Shown here: in pieces, positions 18,771 to 29,512 of the stretch
Layout of the letters: each line of letters begins with the position of its first letter
Position numbering within the stretch: the first letter of the stretch is position 1
IMG/VR virus record: IMGVR_UViG_3300022752_000026
Location: 1-64,000 of that record
Direction: 5' to 3' (one strand)
From: a virus
DNA: 64,000 nt
Made by a program: the position numbers and the translations under genes
Notes under the pieces: generated by a model
What the model was told of the DNA's origin: nothing
Databases searched by the model: none
What the model saw: only the letters and a program-made list of their open reading frames with translations

Positions 18771-19847
18771 TTACTTCGCCAACACGAACACCTTGCTCTT
18801 AGCAACAAGTGGCTTATCTTCCGGACCTTTCACATAAGGACTAATCCAAATGCGTTTCTTGATTACGCCTTTGCTTACAGGGTCTTTGTAAGGTTGCCAA
18901 CGCCAATGACCACCAACAATCCATCTATGCGACCACTCAACCGCGCTCTCTTCCTGTGTCTCGTCTGTGTCCGCACTTATGTATCTGCGCTTACGGAACT
19001 GAACAACTACAAACTCTGATGGCAGGTTCTCTCGCTCAATGCGTTTGCGTTGCGCTCTGTTTTCAGGCTTGTGCTTTGTTACTTCTGTAAGTGTCTGCGA
19101 CATGATAAGAAAGTATGACCAAAGAAGTCTTGTTATGTTTGTAGCAGGAACTAACTTAGTTGCTTTGTATTCTTCCCACTCTTCATCAGAAAGTAGTTCT
19201 TTGCCACCCTGCTTGAAAGTAAGTTTTCTTATGGCTTCCATGTCGTTGTCTGATGGCATAACATCTTCGCCACCAATGATTTCATCTTGAAAAACACTTC
19301 CGCACCTTACCCAATGGAAACGACCAAGTAATTGGGTTATGGGGTCTTTTTTGTTTTGGTCAAAGATTTGTTTTGCTACATCATCAGGTTGCGTGTATGC
19401 GTCATTCCAATAAGAAAGTGAAAGACCCATCTGTCCTTTTTCACCGAATACTTTTTTCCATGTAATCAAATGAATTAGCATTGTTCTTCCACGAACATCT
19501 TGTAGTTCTAGTGGCTTCTCAAAGTAAGCAAATCCTCTGTCCGCAGGGACTAAAGCCAAATCAAGTCTATCTGTCGGGTCTAGTTTTCCTGAAGCAAATG
19601 AAATGAGGTCAGTCATTTCACTTTTTACGAAGAAGCACTCCGCATTGTTTCCTACTTCAACAATGTCGTTTTTGTAGATACCAATGACTTTCTTTTCGTC
19701 AGAGGCTTCCCAATCTGCTTCGTTCTCAAAGACATACTTCTTTCCTACTGAAATCTCAATGTAGGTTTGTAGTAAGTCTGTCCAGCGTTTATCGCCACAC
19801 TTCCCCTTGAAGTATGCCTGTATGTCTAGTGCGTCTGTTGGTTTCAC
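18771..19847 (-). CDS. Conserved phage protein of unknown function
   Basis: C-terminal WSHRWIVGGHWRWQPY...RIWISPYVKGP motif. Confidence 0.75.
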   Translation of the reverse strand: MKPTDALDIQAYFKGKCGDKRWTDLLQTYIEISVGKKYVFENEADWEASDEKKVIGIYKNDIVEVGNNAECFFVKSEMTDLISFASGKLDPTDRLDLALVPADRGFAYFEKPLELQDVRGRTMLIHLITWKKVFGEKGQMGLSLSYWNDAYTQPDDVAKQIFDQNKKDPITQLLGRFHWVRCGSVFQDEIIGGEDVMPSDNDMEAIRKLTFKQGGKELLSDEEWEEYKATKLVPATNITRLLWSYFLIMSQTLTEVTKHKPENRAQRKRIERENLPSEFVVVQFRKRRYISADTDETQEESAVEWSHRWIVGGHWRWQPYKDPVSKGVIKKRIWISPYVKGPEDKPLVAKSKVFVLAK

Positions 19848-19886
19848 ACTACCCCTTTCCCTCTACCCCGAATTGTAGTTGATAGA

Positions 19887-22383
19887 TTACTCAAAGTCAA
19901 ATCCATCTTCACTATCTTCTTCAGCGTCTTCTTTTGGAAACAACTCCCTAAGGGGCATTATGTCCAGCATTTCTAGGTGTTCTCTGAAACAAAGAACTAG
20001 ACACTCGTGGCACTCTTTAGTCGCCATGAATTGTTTGGCTATGCCCTTTTGGTAGAACGCCTCAACCATGTCGCTTATGGCTCTGATTTCCCACTCAAAG
20101 AGAACAAGTTTTGTATCGCGTTCATTTTTACTTTTTGCTGACTCACACATTGGTATCCAGCGAGTTGCTCTAGTTATTTTGATTTCGCCATCTTCAGTTG
20201 TGTTCTGTTCTGTGGCGATTGGCTCGTATTGGTGTAGCCCTGTCTTTAGGACTTTATCTACTTTCGTAAAAGAGATTGCTCTGTCTTTATCTTCCATAGT
20301 CTCTCTGTAAGTAAGAGAGAAGCCCCTACCACTTTGGATAGGGGCTTCCCAACTTTTCACTTATTTGCTCCTGTTAGAGCAAGGAGAGTAGCAACTGCCT
20401 CGTCAAGGCTTGCTTCGTTCTTGTGTTGTGGAGTTTTCATCACTTGAACGATTTTGTCTGTGGTGTGTTCAGCGAACACATCAACAAGGTGTGGATTTGC
20501 TTTTAGGAGTTCCTCTTTGTTGAGGTTCTCGCGTGTCTGTGTTCCAATAACTACAACTGGAACTCCAGCGATTGTTCCCTCTGTGGCAATACCAATCCAA
20601 GAAGAGCCAACCTTTTTGTAGCCGAGAAGTGTGTAGAGTTCTGCTTGCGCTTCTTCATACGCCTTTTCTGCTAGTGCTTTTGTGCGTTTTGCGCTTGCTA
20701 GAAGTTCAAGGGCTTGCTTAGCCTTTTTCGCTTCCGCAGGTGTCTTGTCTAGAACCTGTGTAGTTGAAACTTCAACTACTACTGTCTTTTTAGACATTTG
20801 CGTCCTTTCATCTTTTAGGAGAGAAACCTTTTCACTCCTTTGCGTAAGAGAGTTACACTCACTTACAACTCCAAAGATACTCGCATTATTCCGCCAAGTC
20901 AAGTCCAAACAAGGATTTGCTTATGTGTTTTACATCACATAGTATTAGCCCTCGTCAGATACAACCTGCTGGGCTATCTCAACGAAATCTTCGGCTGCCG
21001 AACCCTGAAAGTGCCACTCGCCATTTTCGTAGGTCTCAACAACTTCAGACCATTGTTCGTCTGTAATGAACAATCCGTTTTGGTATCCCTCAACTGTTGC
21101 TTTGTCCCAATAGGCGACAATCAACTCGGTATCAGGTTCGTATGCTTCCAACTGCTCTAGTAGTTCTTTGACTTTCATTTTTACTTTTTGCTTCCTCTCT
21201 TAGGCTACTGCGAGTTCCGAGTTGTTCGGAGTTCGCACTTCTCTTCGCGGTTTGTGTGGGCGTGGAACATCTCCAACCCAATCGCAAACCAATCCGTCAT
21301 ACATGTCCTGCCATAAACCAAAGTCTTCTTTTATTTCCCACCCGCATTTCTTACACACAATCATTTTTACTTTTTCCTTTCCTTGCCGTTAGAAGTGAAA
21401 ATCAACGGGAACTAGATACTGCTTATTTGGTTCAAGGGCGAGCCGATTTCTAAAGAACTCTAGGTTTGCCGAACCCTCTTTCAAGTCATAGACGCCCGTA
21501 TCCGAACACCAATCGTTTGATAAAAGTTTCCCTAGTCGTGCCAATGTCCAAGCACTCATACCTGTGCCGTAGTCAAACTTTTCGGGGTTGTAGTTCTCAA
21601 TCATCTTGCCAATGTCAAACCCGTCTTTTGTTATCTCCGCTAAGTATTTTTCCATTTCCTTTTTACGATACCCAGCGAACTCTCTGATTATGTCGTCAGC
21701 AAGAAGTGGGTTCTCCGCATAGCAGAGAGCGTTCCGTTCTTCTTCCCAGCCCTCAAACAATCCGTCCCACCTGCCACCGACCTCATGCCAATCAGACCAA
21801 GTTGGATACGGGTCTTCTGAATAAGTTATTTGGCTTTTGACTTCGCCAATAGCGTCCTCGCCACTTTCTGCTTCTACCAACATTATTTGGCAAACGTGCA
21901 TTTTGTTCCTCCCTCTCTTACCCCTATTGTAATCATTTATTCTGAAAAGTCAAGTTCCCCATTTATGATTTTTTCAGAGTGCGCTCTGTCTCTTAGATAG
22001 ACCTCTGCGACTTTCAATGCCTCGTCTAGTTCATGCTCTACCGCGTCTAAGTGTTCGCCAAAGCAATACAAATCAAACCAAGAGTTATTTATCCAATCAA
22101 GAAGTTCTTGGTCGTTCGCCAATTTCAATGCGTCATCTGTGTCTATGCCCGCGTCAATGAAATCTGTTGGCGAGAACAAACTAGAAACAATTTCTCCTTG
22201 TGGTGCGTCCAAGAGATTTGCTCTTGTCTCTCCATCACAATAAACATCTACTTGAAATCCTTTGTATTCAACTGTTGCTATACAACCCATACCTGTATAG
22301 AAAATAGCGTCCTGTTGTGATGGGTGTGGGTCAAAGCCTAAGTGATACTTTATTTTTATTTCATCATCTGTCATTGTTGTCAT
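19887..22383 (-). other. Early hypothetical genes (19887-20297, 20357-20797, 20945-21178, ~21205-21365, 21389-21901, 21937-22383)
   Basis: ORF track and RBS. 21389-21901 has WSDWHEVGGRW and VPVDFHF motifs common in phages. Confidence 0.65.
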
Positions 22384-22505
22384 TTGTTTTCCCCTTTTAC
22401 TTTTTAGATGTGTTGGCTCGGCTCTGTGGTGAGAGACGAAAGAGCAGGTTGTCTATTTTCGGAAGGACACTCCTGTCTATCACCGAGCCAACACCTGTTA
22501 GAACA

Positions 22506-24299
22506 TTAGGCAACTGCCCTCTGTCCAACTCTTGTCATTACTTCCATAGCAGAGCGACCAATAACTTCGCTTGCTTGAACAGGGTCAGTAATCTCTGAAA
22601 CAACTTTGGCATAGCCTTGACCGAGTTCTCGCGCTCTGTATCCATTATCAAATGGCAACCATAGAACGCCAACACCTGCTTTTTCGCACTTCTTGATAAT
22701 CTCTTTTGCTAATCGTGTTTCGTCTGAAGTGTATTCTCCATCTGAAACAATAACTAACAATCGTGCGCCATTTCCATGAAGTAGATTTAGTGCGCCATCT
22801 ATTGCTTGAAATGCTTTGTAGAACTTTTCAGTTCCATCACTAGCAGTATAAACACTTACCTGCTCTAGTTTCTGTCCAACCTTTAGTGTTGGGAATACAT
22901 CATTTCCGTAATAGACCATAGCGCACTTACCTTGTATGCGCCGAGTTGCTTCGGACATAACCCACGCAGTTGTCGCCATTGGCTTCATAGCAGAACCCAT
23001 TGAACCTGAAATGTCGCACATGATACCTACTGAAAGAGTTGGTTCGTCTGTGTGCTTGCGAACTCTTTTACGGAAAGGATTTTCGTCCTTATACACACCG
23101 CGAGCGCGGAGTGCTTTGTTCTGAATAATCGCTTTCGTGCGAAGTTTTCCCGGAGGAGTTGCGCTCGCAATAATCATTTCATCTCTCTCACGATACTTTG
23201 CTTTTTCAAGGAGACGAGAAATGATTACGGAAGCAGAACGCTCTTGTGGAGTTGCGTCTCTCTGTTCTACTAATCTGCTATTTGTTTTTGTAGTTCCGGG
23301 ACCTGTTGATTTGCTAAATACTTGTCCAGCAACTTCTTTGTTGTCTGCTTGTTCCTTAGCCTCATTGTGCTTGGCTTCTGCTCGTTCCTTGAAGTCCTCA
23401 CCGAGTTCTTGGTCTGCTAAATCATCATAGTTAGCAATCTCAACTGCTTCCCCTGCTTCTCCAAGTTTTTCTAGGATTTCCTCTACTAACTCTTTTGGCA
23501 TAGGAAAACCGCAACCGCCTGTTTCAGGATTTTCGTTCTCACCGCGTTCTTTCATAAGATTGCGAACTAACTCTGCCCATGCTTTTGCTAATGGGTAAAG
23601 GTCTGTTGCGTCTTTATGATTTGCGTGAAGTTGGAAAGGACGAATAATGTCGCAGAACTTTTCAACATTGTCTGCGCCAATCTGTTCCTCAACCCACTTG
23701 TAAATGTCTGCTACTTCGCGTTGGTCTAACACGCCAGCGATAACGCGACCATGAACAAGACCAATCAACTGTGCGATTGCTTTTGTAGGTGCTTCTTTAT
23801 CAAATGCTTCTCTAGCGTCTCCAATCGCTAACTCCAACGCACTAGAGCGTAGGAATACGCGAGAGCGAGAGTTTGCTTGAACTCCTTGATACTCAATGCG
23901 ACTTTCTTCCAACAAGTTCAATGCTTCATACTCGTCTCGCTTTAGTTCTCTGTGTGCGTCAGGCATAGACCACAATGAGAAACGAGCGTGATAGGCTTCG
24001 TGCGAAATAGCACCTGTCGCCAATGGAAACTCGTATTGTGTTTTGCGAAGTGTTATGTCGCCAATCTTTTCAGGATTGACACCTGTTCCGAAAACTTTTT
24101 CTACAACGACTTCAACTTCTGCGAGCGCAGGATTGAAACGAGCAGGTGCTTCTCCACCGCCAGCGTTTGTTCCTACATACGCAATAATGTCGTCTCGCAA
24201 AGCCAAACGATTTGTTAGCGTTGCGATTTCTCTACCAACTTTCAACCACTCTCTTGGAGTGTCTTGAAACTTAGTCTCACCACTTACTAAATGTTTCAT
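22506..24299 (-). CDS. VWA-domain protein with N-terminal HEXXH metallopeptidase-like domain (CobT-like)
   Basis: AISHEAYH...LNLLEESRIE; MIDAS motif CDISGSMG; VIVSDGE. Confidence 0.85.
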   Translation of the reverse strand: MKHLVSGETKFQDTPREWLKVGREIATLTNRLALRDDIIAYVGTNAGGGEAPARFNPALAEVEVVVEKVFGTGVNPEKIGDITLRKTQYEFPLATGAISHEAYHARFSLWSMPDAHRELKRDEYEALNLLEESRIEYQGVQANSRSRVFLRSSALELAIGDAREAFDKEAPTKAIAQLIGLVHGRVIAGVLDQREVADIYKWVEEQIGADNVEKFCDIIRPFQLHANHKDATDLYPLAKAWAELVRNLMKERGENENPETGGCGFPMPKELVEEILEKLGEAGEAVEIANYDDLADQELGEDFKERAEAKHNEAKEQADNKEVAGQVFSKSTGPGTTKTNSRLVEQRDATPQERSASVIISRLLEKAKYRERDEMIIASATPPGKLRTKAIIQNKALRARGVYKDENPFRKRVRKHTDEPTLSVGIMCDISGSMGSAMKPMATTAWVMSEATRRIQGKCAMVYYGNDVFPTLKVGQKLEQVSVYTASDGTEKFYKAFQAIDGALNLLHGNGARLLVIVSDGEYTSDETRLAKEIIKKCEKAGVGVLWLPFDNGYRARELGQGYAKVVSEITDPVQASEVIGRSAMEVMTRVGQRAVA

Positions 24300-24443
24300 T
24301 TCTTTTTCCCTTTTCTGTTAGTGGCTTCCGAACCACTAATAACCAAAGTATCCCATTTTGTATCCTTTTTGTCAAGTTGGGGGAAAGGGGGTGGGGCAAG
24401 GACACTCAACCCACCCCCCGCGTAGCCCGCGTATCTAAGGGGG

Positions 24444-25505
24444 TTAGATTTTCGCGGGCTTTACTTCCTCACCGAAAGCGCGAGATAGAACATCAGAGAT
24501 ACTCGCCCTGTCGCTTTCAGGTGCGGAAGAGATTAGATTTTCTAGCGCAAACTTAGTTCCGAAAGTTGTTGCTATGTCGCGGAACGCAAGGAGTTCTCGC
24601 ATTTGTGGCGACCAAGAAACTTCGTTCGCAAGTTGCTTGCGATAGAGATTTTGTGCCGAAGTGATTAGCAGACTTGGAACACCCAACTTCTTAGCGAGTG
24701 TGTAGTCAGTAGTCATTTCTGCTTGAAGTGTGAAGCGAGAAAGTAATGCTTCCGACAAACGAACTCCGGGAGCATTTGGATTTGTCGCACTCACTACAAA
24801 GAAGTCAGGGTGTGCTTTTACTACACCGCGTTCAGGATTTGTAGAGACAACAACTTCTCTGCGTCCGTCCATAGCACCATAAAGGATTGCTAGAACCTTT
24901 GGGTCAATCAAACCAATCTCATCTACGAAATAGATTTTGCCCTGTTCCATAGCGCGAATAAGACCGCCATCAACCCACTCAAAGTTTCCACTTGGAGTTT
25001 GGACATAAGAACCAATCAAGTCAGACGCTTCAATGTCGCCATGTCCAATCAAGGTTTCCATGTTGTCTCCGAAAGTTGCTTCAACGAGCGCAGTTTTTCC
25101 TGTACCTGGCGCACCGAACAACAATGGGAACATAGGTGCGATTTCTTCACCTGCGAAACTTCTCTTTGTAGTTGCGTAAGCAAGTTTTAGAACTTCAACA
25201 TCTTTATGCTCTCCCCATAGGCGAGCATGATAGATAGAACCATTTGGTCGCTTGAAAGTATCAGCACCACCAACGATTGCTTCTACCATTGGAAGTTCCT
25301 TTCTAACTTTAGAACCGCGTGGGGCGCGTTCTGCGCCAACTGCTCTCTCAACATAACGACCTGTTGGTAGAACTTTAGAAGCAAGTTCCTTACTTGCTTT
25401 TTCATTTAGACCTTGACTTGCTACCTGCTCAATGATTTCCCATAGAGTAGGTGAAGCGTTAGGTGTTAGAACGCCATAGCGTTCTTTTGCTTTTACATCA
25501 TACAT
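24444..25505 (-). CDS. MoxR/CobS-like AAA+ ATPase
   Basis: Walker A GAPGTGKT, Walker B YFVDEI, HPDFFVVSATNP, ALLSRF. Confidence 0.9.
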   Translation of the reverse strand: MYDVKAKERYGVLTPNASPTLWEIIEQVASQGLNEKASKELASKVLPTGRYVERAVGAERAPRGSKVRKELPMVEAIVGGADTFKRPNGSIYHARLWGEHKDVEVLKLAYATTKRSFAGEEIAPMFPLLFGAPGTGKTALVEATFGDNMETLIGHGDIEASDLIGSYVQTPSGNFEWVDGGLIRAMEQGKIYFVDEIGLIDPKVLAILYGAMDGRREVVVSTNPERGVVKAHPDFFVVSATNPNAPGVRLSEALLSRFTLQAEMTTDYTLAKKLGVPSLLITSAQNLYRKQLANEVSWSPQMRELLAFRDIATTFGTKFALENLISSAPESDRASISDVLSRAFGEEVKPAKI

Positions 25506-25519
25506 AAGTTTAGCCCCCC

Positions 25520-25978
25520 TTAGACTAACTCTTTAGGAAAGCCAAGTGCTTTCCGCGAAATACCTACACGATAGAGAACACGACTTGGAGTAGTTCCCTT
25601 TGCTAAATCGTCAGCGTCAAACTTTGATACTTCAACCAAGATAGGTTCTTGGCGAATAATCCAGCCATGCTTTGTCATTTCATCAAAGAAAGAGAACGCA
25701 TAACGCATACGATTTTCTGTGAAGTCAGAGATTTTTTCGTCCTCAAGTTTTACCCCTACTGCGACATACTCTTTGACTTGTTCGTGGCGAAGCGAAGTGC
25801 TACGCCATTGTTTCTTTAGTGAAGCAGGAGTAACTACTCGTCTATGGATTGCCATAGGAGTAAGTGTTCCTACATTTGTATAACAATCAGGTGTGATTAG
25901 CATTTGCGTTGTTTCGCCAGCCCTTACGAACTCGGCATAAACCGCAACCCCCTGAACTTTTGCTTCTTTGTCTAACAT
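25520..25978 (-). CDS. Hypothetical protein upstream of the AAA ATPase
   Basis: AAAGGA RBS before ATG 25978; TTGACA/TATACT promoter at about 26025-26050. Confidence 0.65.
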   Translation of the reverse strand: MLDKEAKVQGVAVYAEFVRAGETTQMLITPDCYTNVGTLTPMAIHRRVVTPASLKKQWRSTSLRHEQVKEYVAVGVKLEDEKISDFTENRMRYAFSFFDEMTKHGWIIRQEPILVEVSKFDADDLAKGTTPSRVLYRVGISRKALGFPKELV

Positions 25979-26101
25979 GGTGTCCTTTCGTATTTGTGTC
26001 CTTGTATTCAGTTGTATCCCCAAGTATAACTATTTTTAGCAGATTGTCAAATCGTAGAACAAGTGTGTCGGGTAGGGGGTTTCCCCCCTAACCAACCAAT
26101 A

Positions 26102-26344
26102 CTACTCTTTTTCTACTGCTTTGTCAAATTGAGCGTCAAGGTCGTCTTCCATTACTGATTGGTAGATTTCAGCCCTCTGTTGCTCATCTGATTTAGCGAG
26201 CGCATAGGCAACCGAAGCCCTATCCGCGTCCCCTGCCATCTCAACCGCACTCCAATCGTCTTCCGACCAATCGGAAGTTTCCACAATCACAATGCCATCT
26301 GCGTTGCCATAGTTTCCATCTATGGCGAAGTATGAAGTTGCCAC
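26102..26344 (-). CDS. Small acidic hypothetical protein
   Basis: GTG start immediately after an AAAAAGTAAAA motif. Confidence 0.7.
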   Translation of the reverse strand: MATSYFAIDGNYGNADGIVIVETSDWSEDDWSAVEMAGDADRASVAYALAKSDEQQRAEIYQSVMEDDLDAQFDKAVEKE

Positions 26345-26516
26345 TTTTACTTTTTCCTTTCTTTACTTGATTTCGTAGTCAGAGCAGATTTGCTCAACCG
26401 CATCATTGAGAGAGTTTATTAGCAAACTAACTTCGTGGTCGTTGAGATGAGCAATCATCTCATCTGTGATAGATGAACTCCACGCAACCCCTCTTATAGA
26501 TAAACGAGACATAACC

Positions 26517-27185
26517 TTATCCTTTCACTAGTTCTACATCTTTGACCGCAGAAACTTCAATGACTTTTTTAGCCCCCGGACAATCCGAATACCAATCATC
26601 AACATCTTCAGAGTTAGCGCAAGCGCACCCATCTACATTGTCTCGTTCTTCGTAGTCAGCGTGAGAGTCAGGTATGTCCCACTCTTTTTCTATGGAGTGT
26701 TCCCCATCTTGGAAAACATACACGCCACCGAAACCTTGTTCTTCTTCCCAATCTAAAGTTATTTCTAACTCTGGGTATTGAGAAGAAAGATTTTCAAGGG
26801 CTTCAATAGGTGGAGACCACGCAGTTTGAAATCTGTAACCAAGATTAGTTTCAGAGTCATTAGTCATTTCAGTATCAGAATACTTGTTGCTATCTGCTAC
26901 ACCAATGTCCCACTTAGTTCCCCACTCACGATTATTGAAGTTATACCAGTTGAACGCACCATCACCTTGTCGTTCTCCATCTGCGTAACCATGAACACCC
27001 TCATACTCTTCCATCTTGTCTTCAGGTGGGCGAACTATGTTCCAGAACGCAATAATCGGATTTGAGTAAGTCTGCGCCCCATCTTCAAAGTTGCGTTGGT
27101 ATGGCGCATTGAGTTGTGCTTTTACTTTTTGGATTTGCTCTTTGTCGCCATCTATGGACAAAGAGTTGAATACCCAGTTTGGCAT
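26517..27185 (-). CDS. DUF1281/YubB ferredoxin-like domain protein
   Basis: MPNWVFN...WYNFNNREWGTKWD...FQTAWSPP...YPEL. Confidence 0.85.
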   Translation of the reverse strand: MPNWVFNSLSIDGDKEQIQKVKAQLNAPYQRNFEDGAQTYSNPIIAFWNIVRPPEDKMEEYEGVHGYADGERQGDGAFNWYNFNNREWGTKWDIGVADSNKYSDTEMTNDSETNLGYRFQTAWSPPIEALENLSSQYPELEITLDWEEEQGFGGVYVFQDGEHSIEKEWDIPDSHADYEERDNVDGCACANSEDVDDWYSDCPGAKKVIEVSAVKDVELVKG

Positions 27186-27386
27186 TAGTTCTCCTCCCCA
27201 AATGGTTCTGTGTCCCACTCGTAACTAATAAGGTTCTTTCCATCAACAAGTGGCTTTACTTTTTCTTTCATAAACTTGTATGCGAAGTAGTCATACGCAA
27301 CTCCATCAGCAAGTTCTAACTTTAGATAAATGGCGTTTGCCATCTTTGTCCCCTTTCTATAAAGACAATGCTAAGTATAAGGATTT

Positions 27387-27548
27387 TTATTGTTTTGTCA
27401 AGTCTTGTTCCAACAATGCTTTTCGTTTTTGTTCAGCACGGCTTTTGTTGCGCTTTGTTCTCTTGTCTGCGAATACGGCTATCCGTTGGTTCAGGACAAA
27501 GCGACCACGCCCCCGAACCAATCCGTCTAACTCGTTTTGCTTTTTCAT
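27387..27548 (-). CDS. 53 aa Arg/Lys-rich leaderless peptide (not in ORF track)
   Basis: MKKQNELDGLVRGRGRFVLNQRIAVFADKRTKRNKSRAEQKRKALLEQDLTKQ; TTGACA-17-TAAAAT ends 6 nt upstream. Confidence 0.7.
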   Translation of the reverse strand: MKKQNELDGLVRGRGRFVLNQRIAVFADKRTKRNKSRAEQKRKALLEQDLTKQ

Positions 27549-27863
27549 GCTCTCATTTTACAAGATGCGGTTCTCTTTGTCAAGATGGTGTAGTTGGACT
27601 TCCAGCAAATCCCGTTGAGCACATCACAACAACTCGCGGTTCTAGCCAGTAACCTTCCCTGTTTTTACTTTTTGGTAAGGGCACGCCGTTTGCGTTTTTA
27701 CTTTTTGGTGCGTACGCCTTCGCTGTGGCGACATCGCAACAACTTGCGGTTCTACACCAGCAGCGGGCTGCATCGCGTTATGTAAGAGCGAGCCGTTATG
27801 TGCGTACAGCAAAAACGACTTGCCGTTATTACGACAAGCCGTTCTTGGTCTTAGAGAAAGGGA

Positions 27864-29042
27864 TTACGCAGACTCTAGCGACACACGCCGTTTCCAGCCC
27901 TCGCCACTAATGCGAATTCGGAAAACTTCCTCAAACGCTTTAGCAACCATGTCGGTTATGTCTGTGTAATTTTCATCGGCTTCTCTATTGAGCGAGCCGA
28001 CATTTGGGATAGACGGCACATCGGAGTCCTCTGTGTAGTCGCCCAATACTAGAACTCTGTCGCCTGTCCAGCGACCAGAGATGTCGGTTTGTGGAAAGTC
28101 TCCACCACCGCGAGCAGGACTTGTCATCATCAAGATGTACATAGCGTCTGCTAAAGACCCGCCGCCATTGACGGCAGTATGTTCATACTGCTTTAGACCT
28201 AAGCCCAAGCCGTGTGGATTTACTACTTCTCTCTTATCAACATTGACAAGAACATGATACTGACCCAATCTATTTACCCCTTTATCTCTACACGAACCGC
28301 CTCGTGCAATTCGTTGTATTTCATCATAGTATACGCGTCATCAACAAAATTGTCAATAGCGTGGTCTACTAATTCCTCATCTGTAAGACGGGTGTCTAAG
28401 TTTTCGTTGACTAAGTCCTCGTCAAATTCAAATTCAATCTTGGCAATAATTTTGCGACCCACAATTATCCCTTTCTCGTATTTGGTGTTTGTTTCTACTC
28501 TGTGAGTGATAGATGTTTTTCTCATAGCGCAAGGCTATCGTCATACTCATCCTCATCATCAAATTGACCTATGAGTGTTTCAAAACCCTCGTTAGGGTCG
28601 TCTACATTAGTAGTAACCGCGTTGATAAAACGTAGAGAGCACGAGTCATCAAACCACTCTTGTAAAGTTTCAAACATTTTGTCAGGCGACATTTCGTCTG
28701 AAGTAATCAACGGGTCATAACCATAAGTCCGCATTAGTTCTACTTGCTCATCATCCATGAGCAAATAAATTTTGTGGCAGGTGTCCCACGCAATTGCTTT
28801 AGCGTCAACTACTCGCTCTTTGACTAAGTCAAAAGTAATAGGCATTACGCCACCTCCAACTTCTGACCAAACCCTAAACCGAGTTTGTTAGTTGAGTAAG
28901 TCTGATAATCAGACTCGCACATAAAAGCCCATGGTCCCATTTTTGTTTGTGCGTCATACAGCGCAGGGGCGCCGCAGAAATCGCAGTTAGGAATCTCCGA
29001 TACTTTCGCAGTATTCACTTTGTCTCCTTTCTCTAAAGACAA
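27864..29042 (-). other. Four early hypothetical genes (27864-28268, 28274-28525, 28522-28845, 28845-29042)
   Basis: Coupled ORFs. MGQYH...GRWTGDRV and CDFC...YDAQTKMGPWAFMC are recurrent phage motifs. Confidence 0.7.
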
Positions 29043-29050
29043 AGCGCACT

Positions 29051-29512
29051 TTACACCACTAAAACAAACTTGTCAACTATTGATTTTGGTTCAGGCCAGA
29101 CATACTCCAGATTGTTTGGAACATCAGGCCAGAGATGTTGATAGTGTTCAGGGAACTTACGAATCAGGTTTGACTGATGGGACTCGTGAAAGGCTGCATC
29201 ACCAAGCCAAGATGGATAAGTTGTTTGTTCTTGCAGGGCCGCCAGGTCTTCCAGGATTTTCTGGAACCTCGGTTTCATTGTGTCTTTATATCCTCGTGCT
29301 ATCCATTCATCGCAGATGGCGATAGCGTATAGAGCGAGTGCGGTTTCGTATCCGTTCCACATCAGAACAGCAGGATGGTTCCTCCATCCCTTAGTCTCAC
29401 CGTTGAGTGCACGGAAAATCTGAAAGGCTTCTACCCGTTGCTTACCTAGTCTGCGATAGTCCAGCACACTAGCGGTTTCACGGAAATCTGCGCATGGCAG
29501 GAACGTCTGCAT
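29051..29512 (-). CDS. Pyrimidine-dimer DNA glycosylase/endonuclease V-like protein (MSMEG_6728 family)
   Basis: MQTFLP...LDYRRLGKQRVEA...WRNHPAVLMW...HESHQSNLIRK. Confidence 0.85.
   Translation of the reverse strand: MQTFLPCADFRETASVLDYRRLGKQRVEAFQIFRALNGETKGWRNHPAVLMWNGYETALALYAIAICDEWIARGYKDTMKPRFQKILEDLAALQEQTTYPSWLGDAAFHESHQSNLIRKFPEHYQHLWPDVPNNLEYVWPEPKSIVDKFVLVV

Noticed and set aside
22506-25505. cobS/cobT cobalamin biosynthesis genes supporting the class II RNR
   Set aside because: These are generic MoxR AAA+/VWA motifs common in phages, with no cobN or other cob genes in the window.
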